This document shows positions 1-10,910 of a DNA stretch of 64,000 nt, piece after piece. The first letter of the stretch is position 1. Every line of letters starts with the position of its first letter. The stretch spans positions 124,001 through 188,000 of the IMG/VR virus record IMGVR_UViG_3300023174_000046. One strand, given 5' to 3'. Under the pieces are notes generated by a model. It was given only the letters and a program-made list of their open reading frames with translations. It was not told the origin of the DNA and did not search any database. Position numbers and translations under genes: made by a program.

Positions 1-3
1 GGG

Positions 4-2259
4 TTGTTTAAAGAAATTAACCCTGTAGGTGTTGGCCCCGATGGTAGCAATCAAGGTGATTTTATTTCTCAAGATGAATTAAACTTTTTTAATTTTACTG
101 GTGGTCGTGGTGGACTAAACGGTACTGGTCGCAAAGGACTCTCTTATAATCAATTTAACGAACTAAGATCAACACAGAAAAAACCGTGTATGATACTTGA
201 TGGGTATGTATTTTACGATATAACGGACGGTTATAATTTTAATTACTCAGTACCTAATCCTGACAAAAGAGTGTCTGGTGTCTTTACAAGAACTGTAACT
301 CAAATACCACCAGGCAGCGGTTACTACACATCTGGACCCAGTATTCTCTCTGCAGCACCCGATCCATATATTAATTATAAAATTTCGTTTCCTTATTCTG
401 CACCACCTAGCTTTAAGCCACTACCAACACCTTTGCTTCTTGTAGCGTACGGCAAAGGTCATTTTGTGCCTGATGATTTTTGCGATGTTAATACTGTAAG
501 TTATTGTTTAGTGTTAGATTGTGTTACCTTTCTCGATTCACTGAGCAATGCAAGATTAGACGTATCATCTGATTTACCTTCATGGTCAACCGCTATACCT
601 GTATATTACAGTGAATTACTCGAAGGCAGCTTAACAACTTCACTAACTAAGCCAAACAATATAGATAGAGCTACCTTCTCTTACACATACCCCGCTTCCG
701 CGCAAGTAATACAGGAGTTAAATGGTTACAGGTTTAATCTTCAAGGACAAACACCTTGCGCAGTGAATAATACTGCAATTACACCAGGATTGGATTACAA
801 TATTGATAATTCAAGCTTTGTAAACTTGCCTGTTCTGCCTGCTTTTGAAACCAAGGTTCAAGACTTATCTACTTCTCTTATTGGCAACAAAACCATTTAT
901 GCAGGCCGTAACGAAGTAGTTGGTACTATGTATTACAAAAACGCTAATACCTCACGGGTAGATCTCATTCAAGATGCACTATCTTCTGTTTTTGCAAAAT
1001 ATCCAATAGATGTTCAAAATAATATATCACAAGGTGTAATCAACTTTGATCTCATTTTCAATGTTATTTTCATTGAAACAGTTAATTATTTTATAATTGA
1101 TAAATTAGACTATGATTACGAACAAAATAATGTTGAACCGTACAATAGCGATAAAAATTTCTTACCTACATACATAGTAGATAAAAATATTGAAAAAATA
1201 AGCAATATTTTCTATAATGAAAAATTAAACGAAGTTGTCTTTACCCGCATGGTATTGCTACCAACAATGAGTGCCAGCAATTTAAAGATTATCTACCCTG
1301 AAATTTATAAAATTGATATAACAACCCCGGTAATTAAAAAACTTTATCCAAATTTTGAATTAACTTATAATAACTTATCGAGCTTTATTCATATTGACGC
1401 AGATACAAATGTTGAGCGAATTGATAAGCCTATTATTTCATATAATGAAGATTCAAAAACATATCTAATAAATTATCTTGCTAAAGATAGCAATAACGTA
1501 TTTTTTAATGTTTTTGAAGAATTTCAAATAAAGAATAGTGATATTATTTTCTTACAAAACGTATTCTATAAGCCTGAATACTTTATTAAAGATTATAATT
1601 TTACAGTTATCAATTCAATAACTGCACTCCAAGGCAATTTACTAGCCGGTACACTTTCATCTTTTCAAAATATCAATACACACACATATTGGTTCTGTAT
1701 TTCCTCTGAGCCTATAGTTATTGTTCCTGAATACATTGTTTGTTCTTATGGTATAGCGTTTGAACCAATAACTACTCCTGTGCCTACACCTTCTGTGACA
1801 CCAACAGTCACACCAACACCAACACCTACACCACCACCAACACCTACACTTCCTCCGTGGACCAATACATGTTCCACTTACAGCATCCAAGTTAGCGGGG
1901 CAGGTCTACTTGCAGCAAATGGCATGTATATTTTCTCTGCTGGTGACACTCTATTTTTCAGTGATTCATCACAATTTACTGTATTTTATCAATCAACAAG
2001 TGACTCGCGTTTCTTCGTAATCTTTGACAATGCATATCCTACAGCCAACAACGTAATTAAAGCTGTAGTACTTTCTGCAGATAATACTTACAGCAATCAA
2101 GCTTTCTTCTATGCAAGCACAGGGTTGATTCTTGATTATGCCTGTGTACCTTACGGTCAATATGGTGTTAGATCTGCCTTGGATCCAGTTTATCTTGAAA
2201 CATTGAATCTCTCCGGTATTGCACCATATCCAACAGTTTCATTCTTTAGTATGACGTAA
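4..2259 (+). CDS. Large probable virion/baseplate-associated protein, likely 5'-truncated, with a Pro/Thr linker and a C-terminal beta module
   Basis: ORF open from the window edge; Asn/Tyr/Ser/Thr-rich; [26 protein letters not shown] linker followed by a VSGAG..ANGMY module. Confidence 0.6.
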   Translation: MFKEINPVGVGPDGSNQGDFISQDELNFFNFTGGRGGLNGTGRKGLSYNQFNELRSTQKKPCMILDGYVFYDITDGYNFNYSVPNPDKRVSGVFTRTVTQIPPGSGYYTSGPSILSAAPDPYINYKISFPYSAPPSFKPLPTPLLLVAYGKGHFVPDDFCDVNTVSYCLVLDCVTFLDSLSNARLDVSSDLPSWSTAIPVYYSELLEGSLTTSLTKPNNIDRATFSYTYPASAQVIQELNGYRFNLQGQTPCAVNNTAITPGLDYNIDNSSFVNLPVLPAFETKVQDLSTSLIGNKTIYAGRNEVVGTMYYKNANTSRVDLIQDALSSVFAKYPIDVQNNISQGVINFDLIFNVIFIETVNYFIIDKLDYDYEQNNVEPYNSDKNFLPTYIVDKNIEKISNIFYNEKLNEVVFTRMVLLPTMSASNLKIIYPEIYKIDITTPVIKKLYPNFELTYNNLSSFIHIDADTNVERIDKPIISYNEDSKTYLINYLAKDSNNVFFNVFEEFQIKNSDIIFLQNVFYKPEYFIKDYNFTVINSITALQGNLLAGTLSSFQNINTHTYWFCISSEPIVIVPEYIVCSYGIAFEPITTPVPTPSVTPTVTPTPTPTPPPTPTLPPWTNTCSTYSIQVSGAGLLAANGMYIFSAGDTLFFSDSSQFTVFYQSTSDSRFFVIFDNAYPTANNVIKAVVLSADNTYSNQAFFYASTGLILDYACVPYGQYGVRSALDPVYLETLNLSGIAPYPTVSFFSMT

Positions 2260-2270
2260 TAAATAACTAG

Positions 2271-2741
2271 ATGGCAACGCTACCATACATATATGCCGAT
2301 TCATTATCAGGTTCTATCAAATATCTCGGAGAATGTTATGTTACAACAGGTAATAGCGGCATTATTAATGCTAAAAAAGAAGAATTTGTTGATTCACAAG
2401 ATTGTAATATCTGCTTAGGCCAATCGCCTTTCCCTTTACTTACACCAACACCTACAATTTCCCTTACACCAGATCCTACAAGAACTGTCACACCAACACC
2501 TACTGTAACTCCAACCGTGACCCCTACAGTAACACCCACTGTTACTCCTACGGTAACACCAACTGTTACACGCACACCAACACCTACAGTAACACCCACT
2601 GTTACTCCTACGGTAACACCAACTGTTACACGCACACCAACACCCACGGTAACACCGACAATTACCATCACACCTACAATTTCTCTTACACCTACTGTTA
2701 CACGAACACCAACACCTACAGTAACACCTACTAAACCATAA
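2271..2741 (+). CDS. Small protein with a Cys-containing head and a mucin-like (TPTV)n tail
   Basis: N-terminal CY...DCNIC, then about 100 aa of PT/TV repeats; TAAATA 5 nt upstream of the ATG. Confidence 0.75.
   Translation: MATLPYIYADSLSGSIKYLGECYVTTGNSGIINAKKEEFVDSQDCNICLGQSPFPLLTPTPTISLTPDPTRTVTPTPTVTPTVTPTVTPTVTPTVTPTVTRTPTPTVTPTVTPTVTPTVTRTPTPTVTPTITITPTISLTPTVTRTPTPTVTPTKP
2523..2644 (+). repeat. Perfect 60-bp tandem duplication within the PT-repeat coding region
   Basis: Sequence lines starting at 2521 and 2581 are identical except for one base. Confidence 0.9.
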
Positions 2742-2744
2742 TAT

Positions 2745-4187
2745 ATGAACCTTTCAGCATCCAGATCCTTTTCTCTATTACCTACAGATCAATTATCGCC
2801 CGAAAATGACATTCTTGTTTCATTTGATTACGTAACAAATGTTTATGATAACTATCAAAATGTTTATGATAATGAAACACCGTCTGAGGGGTTTTGTTTG
2901 TTTTTTTACGAGGGCAATGCACCTCTTGGTGGTGGTGCGCCTGGTTCTGGCTTAGGGTATCTCCCCGACTCTTTTGCTGTAACAAATAATAATAATATTC
3001 TTTTTAGCGAATTTAACAATACTTTTATATCTTATAATCTCACAGCATATGGTACAGTCAATAACATGCCCGCATATAGAGGTGACTCATCTAGATTGAG
3101 CGGTGCTAAAATCGATTTTTATACTTCAGGTTACAATGGTCTCTTTCCTAGTACTTCCGGTTGGCGCATCTGGGATGGTACAAACAAATATTTTTACTAT
3201 AGTGACAGTAATGTATTGTATCCAATGTGGGCTGTTAACTGGAATAATGGGCCTGATATTCAATCGGGCTGGGGATACCCTTTAATTACCAGAAAAGATA
3301 TTGGATACAGTTATGCAGGTAAAGCTGGAAGCTTATTGGGAATTGGTTTTGATTTTACTGGTAATTTCAGAACCGCATACAACTCACCTGTGACAGGAAG
3401 CCCTGTTATTAATAATGTTACTATTAGAAACGGTGATTATACCTACCTCACAAATTCAACCAATCTTACTTCCACAAATTTTTTATACCCAACTATTCTT
3501 TGGAATAGTTTGACAAATAGCGGTCTACCCAATATTGGTAACCGCGTAAAAGTTAGATTAACGGATCTCGGCAGAACTATTAATGTAAAAATGCGCCCCT
3601 ACGGCATTGAGGAATACGTGGATGTATTAACTTATAGTTCTTTAAATTTAGGCCCAGGAAATACAACAGATAGTATTAAAGTAGGTTTAAATTTTTCTTC
3701 ACTTAATAATACAGATTTCGGTATTCGTAATTTCAATATTGCAGGGGTAGCTGCAACACCTACTGCAACACCAACACCAACATCAACAGTTACACCAACT
3801 GTTACACCTACACAAACAGTTACACCAACTGTAACACCTACACGAACTGTGACACCAACACCTACACGAACAGCTACACCAACAGTTACACCAACAATTA
3901 CTATCACGCGCACCCCAGGTATTACACCGACTGCAACTCCAACAGTTACACCTACAGCTACTGTCACACCAACAGCAGGCGCTACATCCACGCCTACACC
4001 TACTGTGACACCAACTGCAACACCGCCACCTTCACAGACACCTACTACAACACCAACACCTACAGTTACAGTAACTGCAACACCAACACCTACTGTGACA
4101 CCTACACCAACTGCGCCACCATCACCGTTCCCTGACGGCACTGTTCTGGCCAACGGTGTTATTGTTGGATTTGGAAGAACCCCATAA
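2745..4187 (+). CDS. L-type (legume) lectin-like domain with an inserted module, plus a long Pro/Thr stalk
   Basis: [18 protein letters not shown] and LLGIGFD..GNF match lectin-fold motifs and are separated by about 110 aa; PT repeats at about 3751-4125. Confidence 0.65.
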   Translation: MNLSASRSFSLLPTDQLSPENDILVSFDYVTNVYDNYQNVYDNETPSEGFCLFFYEGNAPLGGGAPGSGLGYLPDSFAVTNNNNILFSEFNNTFISYNLTAYGTVNNMPAYRGDSSRLSGAKIDFYTSGYNGLFPSTSGWRIWDGTNKYFYYSDSNVLYPMWAVNWNNGPDIQSGWGYPLITRKDIGYSYAGKAGSLLGIGFDFTGNFRTAYNSPVTGSPVINNVTIRNGDYTYLTNSTNLTSTNFLYPTILWNSLTNSGLPNIGNRVKVRLTDLGRTINVKMRPYGIEEYVDVLTYSSLNLGPGNTTDSIKVGLNFSSLNNTDFGIRNFNIAGVAATPTATPTPTSTVTPTVTPTQTVTPTVTPTRTVTPTPTRTATPTVTPTITITRTPGITPTATPTVTPTATVTPTAGATSTPTPTVTPTATPPPSQTPTTTPTPTVTVTATPTPTVTPTPTAPPSPFPDGTVLANGVIVGFGRTP

Positions 4188-4199
4188 ATATCTTAATAT

Positions 4200-5642
4200 A
4201 TGGCAACAAATATATACAATCCAATTAATTTAGTTTACAGTACTAATACCTGGACAGGTGTTGATAATTCTTTAAGTGGTGGTGATACTTACAGAACACT
4301 CATTCACGATATTGTATATTCAGGGAGCAATCTTTTCTTTGGTGGTGCGTTTATATATGACTACACAAATGCAAACAACCTGCCCAGCTATCAACTGCCC
4401 ACTGATAAGAAAATACAAGTTATTAACATAGGATATTTTGATACTACAAGCAACCGCATACGCTCCATAGGCGGTATAGGGACACGCGTACAGGTTTCAA
4501 GCGCACAAACAGTAAACCAAAATACAGCCATATATAGCATGGCAATGAGCGGTAGCAATCTTGTTGCAGCAGGTAACTTTAATTTAATTAATACACAAAT
4601 TACAAGTTTTGAATGCACATCTGCAATAAATAGGACTCAATTTTACACACTTTCAGATACCATACCGTTTAATGCAAATGTAACTGTGGGGCAAGTTATC
4701 CATTTGTCTGCTTATAATTTACTATTCACATCTCTTTTTACAAACTCGTTACCTGGAATATGCTTCACTCCAAGGTTTTCCGGAGATTATGCAGATAGCA
4801 TTGCATACTACAGCTCTTCGAATCAAAAATGGAACGCGTTCCCTAACAGTACAAACGTTTCTTTTGGTCAATCAGCATATGCAGTAGAATTTTACAACAA
4901 CAGAATATACACTGCAGGTGCATATCTAAGCGGCACTATTTTCTATAATGATGGTACTACTTGGCAACAAGTAACGCCCAACATGGCAGCTAATAGAAAT
5001 TCGGATGCAACATGTTTGAAGCTATACAACGATCAACGTGGCAATCTTATATACTGCGGAACATTTTCTGGATTTAATGGTGATTTGAAAAAAACTGGCA
5101 TAATGGGGTATGACGGTAGCACATTCTTTGCTCTTGGTTCAGGCTTATCCGGTACTGCACCATATGCAGGTAATGTTGTTTTGTCGGGCGATAACTACAT
5201 TGCTGCTGGTCTTTTTGATGATCGTATTGCATATTGCAACCGATCAACTAATTCCAATTTTAAAAGTTTTTATAATGGTACAAATAATTTTGCATCTGAT
5301 GCATATGTTCTTTCAATTGCTCTTTCTGGCAGTACACTCATATTTGGTGGTTATTTTTACAACCTCAATTCTGTTGCAACTACTGTTGGTGCCGTTGATA
5401 CTGCCGGTAACATCACAAATCTTGGTGGGTTGATTGATGATAACGTGTACAATTTCGGCCCCGTGCCAAGAATAATGTTAGCAAATGTGCCAGTTAACTA
5501 CACCCTTGCTTCTTCAATATCAGGCGACTTCACTACTATAGATCTTCAAACATCACGCGATATTCTGGGTACAATTTCAGGTCTCTCCGCGTATGGTAGC
5601 TCACCTTATCAAGGTGTTAGCGGTATTGATGTAACTCTATAA
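4200..5642 (+). CDS. Beta-propeller probable virion protein
   Basis: Repeated blade motifs (SGSNLFFGGAF, SGSNLVAAGNF, SGDNYIAAGLF, SGSTLIFGGYF, YNDGTTW). Confidence 0.6.
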   Translation: MATNIYNPINLVYSTNTWTGVDNSLSGGDTYRTLIHDIVYSGSNLFFGGAFIYDYTNANNLPSYQLPTDKKIQVINIGYFDTTSNRIRSIGGIGTRVQVSSAQTVNQNTAIYSMAMSGSNLVAAGNFNLINTQITSFECTSAINRTQFYTLSDTIPFNANVTVGQVIHLSAYNLLFTSLFTNSLPGICFTPRFSGDYADSIAYYSSSNQKWNAFPNSTNVSFGQSAYAVEFYNNRIYTAGAYLSGTIFYNDGTTWQQVTPNMAANRNSDATCLKLYNDQRGNLIYCGTFSGFNGDLKKTGIMGYDGSTFFALGSGLSGTAPYAGNVVLSGDNYIAAGLFDDRIAYCNRSTNSNFKSFYNGTNNFASDAYVLSIALSGSTLIFGGYFYNLNSVATTVGAVDTAGNITNLGGLIDDNVYNFGPVPRIMLANVPVNYTLASSISGDFTTIDLQTSRDILGTISGLSAYGSSPYQGVSGIDVTL

Positions 5643-5675
5643 TAGCATTTTACACTTATTGTAGTAAAATAAAGT

Positions 5676-6932
5676 GTGGAAAATATTTTTATACAGATTG
5701 CTGCCTATCGCGACCCACAACTAGTACCAACTTTACGTGACTGCATTAAGAATGCAAAGTTTCCTGACAGGCTAAGATTTTGCATATGCTGGCAACATGA
5801 TGAGAAAGATAGCTTGGAAGAATTTGCTACTGATAAACGGTTTACTATTCTAGATGTACCATATCAAAAAAGCCAAGGTGTTTGTTGGGCAAGAAGTACC
5901 ATTCAGAATTATTATCGTGATGAAAAATATACACTCCAATTGGATAGCCATCATCGGTTTACCGAAAACTGGGATGATACGTTAATAAAAATGGTCAAAC
6001 AATTGCAAAAGAAAGGACACAGAAAGCCTCTCCTTACCGGGTATATTCCTAGTTTTGATCCAGATAACGATCCCGGTGCACGTATTCATGTGCCTTGGAA
6101 AATGAATTTTGATAGATTTATTCCTGAAGGAGCCGTTTTTTTCTTACCTGCATCAATTGACAATTTTAAAGAATTAAAAGAACCTATTCCTGCTAGATTT
6201 TATTCAGCACATTTCTGCTTTACATTAGGTCAATTCTGTAAAGAAGTACCACATGATCCTAATTATTACTTTCACGGTGAGGAGATTAGCATTGCAGTGA
6301 GAGCGTTCACACATGGATACGATTTATTTCATCCACACAAAGTAATTATTTGGCATGAATATACTAGAAAAGGCAGAACCAAACAATGGGACGATGATAA
6401 AGATTGGGGCAAACGAAATGAACAATGTCATCTACGCAATCGTAAACTATTTGAAATGGATGGTGAGAAAAAAGATATTGATTTCGGACCATACGGCTTT
6501 GGTGATAAAAGAACTCTTAAAGACTACGAAAAATATGCTGGTCTTAATTTTAAGAAAAGAGCTGTGCAGCAGTATACAGTAGACCATCACTTAGCACCAA
6601 ACCCATATACATTCAAAAATGAAAAAGAATGGGAAGCGTCTTTCCTTCAAATCTTTAAACATTGTATTGATATACGATACGATCAAGTGCCTGAAAAAGA
6701 TTATGATTTCTGGTGTGTAGCTTTTAAGGATAAGGAAGGCAAAGATGTATTCCGAAAAGATGCGGACAAAGACGAGATTCAGCGCATGTTTAATGATCCA
6801 GACAAGTACTGTAAAGTTTGGCGAGAATTTAATTGTGAAACAATGCCTGTGAGTTGGTTGGTGTGGCCACATAGCATAGGCAAAGGTTGGGCTGATCCTA
6901 TTACAGGTAGGATAGGTGACAGGGCTAGCTAA
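5676..6932 (+). CDS. GT60-family (PF11397 GlcNAc) polypeptide/hydroxyproline alpha-N-acetylglucosaminyltransferase-like enzyme
   Basis: IFIQIAAYRD, GVCWAR, LQLDSHHRF..WD, FHGEEISIAVRAFTHGYDLFHP, WHEY motifs. Confidence 0.85.
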   Translation: MENIFIQIAAYRDPQLVPTLRDCIKNAKFPDRLRFCICWQHDEKDSLEEFATDKRFTILDVPYQKSQGVCWARSTIQNYYRDEKYTLQLDSHHRFTENWDDTLIKMVKQLQKKGHRKPLLTGYIPSFDPDNDPGARIHVPWKMNFDRFIPEGAVFFLPASIDNFKELKEPIPARFYSAHFCFTLGQFCKEVPHDPNYYFHGEEISIAVRAFTHGYDLFHPHKVIIWHEYTRKGRTKQWDDDKDWGKRNEQCHLRNRKLFEMDGEKKDIDFGPYGFGDKRTLKDYEKYAGLNFKKRAVQQYTVDHHLAPNPYTFKNEKEWEASFLQIFKHCIDIRYDQVPEKDYDFWCVAFKDKEGKDVFRKDADKDEIQRMFNDPDKYCKVWREFNCETMPVSWLVWPHSIGKGWADPITGRIGDRAS

Positions 6933-6935
6933 CAT

Positions 6936-7514
6936 ATGATAGCGGTACAAATCGGTGCCAATAGAGGCAATGATGAATTTACATCATTAATAAAAAACGT
7001 ACATGTTGATACTCTTGTTTTAGTTGAACCATTAAGTGTTCACAATTCAAGCCTGAACGATTGTTACTCGAATATTCAAAATAAATTTATAGAAAATATT
7101 ATCATTACAGATAAAGAAAATAGCGAGGAGGTTATTTATTTTCATAAGCTTGACGGGCTAGAATACGGTAATAATTATGAATTAGCAAGCCTCAACAAAC
7201 AACATTCTTTAAATATAAGAAATTCTTACGAGGAAAAAGAGGTAATCGCATTAAAGCTGCCCAATTTGACAATCAATAATCTATTGGACAAATATAAATT
7301 ACAAAATATTGATTTGCTATTTATAGACACTGAAGGATATGATAGCAAAATAATTATGAGTATAGATTTCACTAAATTTAATATTAAAGAAATTTACTAT
7401 GAAAATCTTCATATTAACGCTTATGAATTAAGAACATTCTTAAAAGAGAAAAATTATTCTGTAAATGAAGGTGTTTTAACATATGGATGGAATGACAGGG
7501 CAATCAAATGCTAA
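6936..7514 (+). CDS. FkbM-family SAM-dependent methyltransferase
   Basis: QIGANRG, VEP, DLLFIDTEGYD. Confidence 0.85.
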   Translation: MIAVQIGANRGNDEFTSLIKNVHVDTLVLVEPLSVHNSSLNDCYSNIQNKFIENIIITDKENSEEVIYFHKLDGLEYGNNYELASLNKQHSLNIRNSYEEKEVIALKLPNLTINNLLDKYKLQNIDLLFIDTEGYDSKIIMSIDFTKFNIKEIYYENLHINAYELRTFLKEKNYSVNEGVLTYGWNDRAIKC

Positions 7515-8395
7515 CCTTAATAGATAACGGTGATTTTTATGACTGGTCCTGCTGGGGAGGCACGCATAGATATTATAAGAACGAAAAAAAATATTACTGT
7601 GATCGCGATTCAGGCATTTTTTCAAATCTTACCAATATGATGTTTTGTATTGCTTTTTTAGAATTGGATAATAAACCGGTAATTGAACTCGAAACAATAT
7701 TTGGTGAGTATATTTCTTCTGAGAATATATACAGTAAAATCTTTAAAAAAAATTCTGATTTGTTGTTAGATTTAAATTTAATTCAAAATAAGGAAGCTTT
7801 TCTACAAGCACATCCTTCTTACTGGGGAATAGGACAAAATCTAAAAGAAGTAAATTTTAAATTTTATAATAATATTATAAGAAAATTTTTTATGCCTAGT
7901 GATGAAACGCTTGAAATAAAAAATAATTTATTAACAAACAATAGTATAAATTTAGAAAAGAGTGTTTTTTTATGGTGCCGACTAACCGATAAGCGTAGAG
8001 AAACTGTAGTACCGCCAGTATCTAAGTATATAGAGATTATTGAAAAAAATTTCAAAGATTACGAAATTATAGTGCAGACAGATGATATTAGTGTTTTAAA
8101 TGAAATTAAAACATATAATTATAATTTTAAATTTTTAAAAGAAATACCCATTGACAACTCTAACACTTTTGATGGCTGTTTCCACAGTAAAATGTGTAAC
8201 GTTGATGAGGTAGATTTTTACAATAAATACAAAATGTCTAAGGTAGATTACATAAGGCATATGTATGCGGCAGCATTAATCGCTTCAGAAAGCAAATATT
8301 TCATATGTTACCCAGGTAATCCTGTAACTTATGTTCCAATGTTAAAAGGTGATACAGATAATACTTTTTTATTTAAAAATCAGGAGCTTTTCTAA
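7508..8395 (+). CDS. NodZ/GT23-like (fucosyltransferase-fold) glycosyltransferase
   Basis: SGIFSN, WCRLTDK, IVQTDD, YFIC..GN motifs; paralogue of 62284-63126. Confidence 0.6.
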   Translation: MLTLIDNGDFYDWSCWGGTHRYYKNEKKYYCDRDSGIFSNLTNMMFCIAFLELDNKPVIELETIFGEYISSENIYSKIFKKNSDLLLDLNLIQNKEAFLQAHPSYWGIGQNLKEVNFKFYNNIIRKFFMPSDETLEIKNNLLTNNSINLEKSVFLWCRLTDKRRETVVPPVSKYIEIIEKNFKDYEIIVQTDDISVLNEIKTYNYNFKFLKEIPIDNSNTFDGCFHSKMCNVDEVDFYNKYKMSKVDYIRHMYAAALIASESKYFICYPGNPVTYVPMLKGDTDNTFLFKNQELF

Positions 8396-9261
8396 TGGAT
8401 ATACTTGTACAGCATAATTTTAATACCGGTCTTGGTGATGGGTTATTTGCTATGACAGAATATCTCACAAACATTAAGGCTTTAAAAGAATATGGGTTTA
8501 GCGCTAAATTGCATTTTAATCTAAGTAGAAATTTATATTTTAAAGAAAAAACACCTCTAGATTACTTGAATAATAACGAATTTAAAGTTTTTGATACTAT
8601 AAGTACCGAGCATTGTGGTATTAATGAAGATACAATTAAAGACTATACATGTGTCTTTACACACGCAAATGCTAATCATAGTCAACACTACTGGGATTTA
8701 TTTGTACATAATTCAGTTTTAGACAAATACCACTCATTCAATTATAAAATTAAACAATTTAATATTAAAGAAATGCTGGCTGGTGTGTTGCCTGATTTTT
8801 ACCCAAAACTTTCTGAACATATTCTCAGTAAATTTAATGAATTCAAAATAAAAAATAATTTAGATGACTATGATGCGATATATTTTAGAACACAAGATTT
8901 ACAAGAAGAATTAGACTTCTTAGAAAACAATAAAAGTAAATTAAAAGAAATACTTTTCGAAAATACCGACAAAAAAATATTTTATTGTTCTAACAGTAAA
9001 GAATTTAAAAAATATATTAAAACATTATCAAGACCTAACCTTTACAACTGGGAAATGCCTTTAGAAGAAGAATGGGGCGGTAACCACTTATTACACCAAA
9101 CAATTGACTCTGAAAATCTACATCAACGAACCATATACACATTATTAGACATGTGGACTTTATGCTCAGCTAAAAAAATAAATTTTTTTACTACGTGGGG
9201 CAGGTATTCAAATTTCTTTATTTACGCCCCTATTAACCACAGTTCAGTAGTATGGTATTAG
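8395..9261 (+). CDS. GT-B fucosyltransferase-like glycosyltransferase
   Basis: GLGD, IYFRTQD, FYCSNS, LDMWTLC..K, SNF motif order typical of GT11/GT23/O-FucT folds. Confidence 0.55.
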   Translation: MDILVQHNFNTGLGDGLFAMTEYLTNIKALKEYGFSAKLHFNLSRNLYFKEKTPLDYLNNNEFKVFDTISTEHCGINEDTIKDYTCVFTHANANHSQHYWDLFVHNSVLDKYHSFNYKIKQFNIKEMLAGVLPDFYPKLSEHILSKFNEFKIKNNLDDYDAIYFRTQDLQEELDFLENNKSKLKEILFENTDKKIFYCSNSKEFKKYIKTLSRPNLYNWEMPLEEEWGGNHLLHQTIDSENLHQRTIYTLLDMWTLCSAKKINFFTTWGRYSNFFIYAPINHSSVVWY

Positions 9262-10184
9262 AAATATCCTCTATCTGTGTAGCTAATGATTGGTATGTTG
9301 GTGAAATATACCAATATATCATTCAACAGTTTATTGAAAAATATCCTAATATAAAATTTAATGTTACAGACAACAAATCTTTTGCCTCAAAATATGATAT
9401 TAACAATGATACCCACAAAAATTCAATAGCTAATATATATAATTTGCTGATATATAATCCTAAAAATAATAAACTATTTGTTAATAGCCTTAATGACTAT
9501 GCACCGTATTGTTTGATGAACGGCACAGGTGTTGAAAAATTTGATTTGGTAGGGTTTGGCTGTGTTTCAAATCATAATCAGTACACTATTGATAGTTTCA
9601 AACCCTACAATATCATACCTTCTTTTTATATTTTAGAAAATATGAGCGATTTCGAACGCATACAAAAGTATAAGAATAAGCCTAGAAAGTTCAACAGTGC
9701 GTATTTCTTAGGTTTACTATATAACAGAAGAAAAGAATACTTTGATACATTTAAAGATAGTGATTTAGTAAAAATTTATAATAAAGATGAATTCTGGAAA
9801 AATAGGGATGATTATTTTTGTGAACTGTCCGATTACAAGATGTCTTTTAGTATGGATGGTGCTGCATTAATTTGTCACCGTGATATTGAATCAATAGGTT
9901 TGGGTAATATTTTAGTTAGAGAGTATCTGGACGTGAGAATGCATGATCCTTTATTACCCAATATACATTATATTGAAGCCGTTACAAAAAAAGAAAAAGA
10001 AACTATGCGAATACAAGACTGTAAAGAGTTAATAATAAATAGAATAAACGATTTTATTAGTAATGAAAAATTAGTCACAGATTATTTAAATGAATGCAGC
10101 AGTTGGTTTCAACGCAATTGCATTCCTGAAAACCAATTTAAAATCGTTGAAGATATAACCAACAGTCTAGAACTCCTTCGTTGA
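9252..10184 (+). CDS. GT-B glycosyltransferase (Glyco_trans_1_2-like)
   Basis: YFLG..RR, LSDYKMSFSMDG..CHRDIE..GLG, LLPNIHYI. Confidence 0.6.
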   Translation: MVLEISSICVANDWYVGEIYQYIIQQFIEKYPNIKFNVTDNKSFASKYDINNDTHKNSIANIYNLLIYNPKNNKLFVNSLNDYAPYCLMNGTGVEKFDLVGFGCVSNHNQYTIDSFKPYNIIPSFYILENMSDFERIQKYKNKPRKFNSAYFLGLLYNRRKEYFDTFKDSDLVKIYNKDEFWKNRDDYFCELSDYKMSFSMDGAALICHRDIESIGLGNILVREYLDVRMHDPLLPNIHYIEAVTKKEKETMRIQDCKELIINRINDFISNEKLVTDYLNECSSWFQRNCIPENQFKIVEDITNSLELLR

Positions 10185-10213
10185 TATATAGAAAAAGCAA
10201 ATAATATATTATT

Positions 10214-10909
10214 ATGTCGTACGATCATATAAAGAAATGGGACGACATTTTTTGTGCACAACATGTTATAAATCTAGTTAACCACATTTCGAGTTTGCTC
10301 TTAAAAAATAATATCAACCAAATAAACTATCTGGATATTGGTGCAAACGTGGGTAAAGTCTACGATTTATTATCAGAAAGAATACCAATTAACAAAGCAT
10401 ATCTTGTTGAAGCCAGTCCCCTACTTTTTAACTATATCAAACAAAAATATACAAATAATTCAAAAGTACAATTGTTTAATTTTGCCGCTTATAACGAAGA
10501 AACAAAAATTCAATTTGATCAATCTTCAATGCTTCATCAATTTGAAACAGATGGATCAAATTTAAATTTAGGTCTTTCTAAAATTCAACACACACCCCAA
10601 TCTGTTAGTATTGATGCAAAGCGTGTCTCAACATTTTTAAATGAGCGTCAGCTTTTTAGTGAATTATCTTTTATAAAAATAGACACTGAAACAGTAGATT
10701 TCATGATACTTGAAGATTTGCTAAAAGTCATATCGTTATTTGACGTTAAACCACTTATTGAATTTGAAAAAAATCATTTCATACAAGGCTTGAGCGATGA
10801 ACAAGCTCAGCATATACTTGATAAATTTGTAAACTATGGTTATAAACCATTGAATTTAGGTCAATGTTACGGCGACGGGCTGTTAATACCGGAAGGGTTT
10901 GTAGAGTAA
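10214..10909 (+). CDS. FkbM-family methyltransferase
   Basis: LDIGANVG, VEA, FIKIDTE. Confidence 0.85.
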   Translation: MSYDHIKKWDDIFCAQHVINLVNHISSLLLKNNINQINYLDIGANVGKVYDLLSERIPINKAYLVEASPLLFNYIKQKYTNNSKVQLFNFAAYNEETKIQFDQSSMLHQFETDGSNLNLGLSKIQHTPQSVSIDAKRVSTFLNERQLFSELSFIKIDTETVDFMILEDLLKVISLFDVKPLIEFEKNHFIQGLSDEQAQHILDKFVNYGYKPLNLGQCYGDGLLIPEGFVE

Positions 10910-10910
10910 T

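Noticed and set aside
2336-4153. Antisense Val/Gly-repeat ORFs (2336-2671, 3632-4153); likewise 56758-57576 and 59637-60242
   Set aside because: Shadow frames of repetitive sense-strand genes
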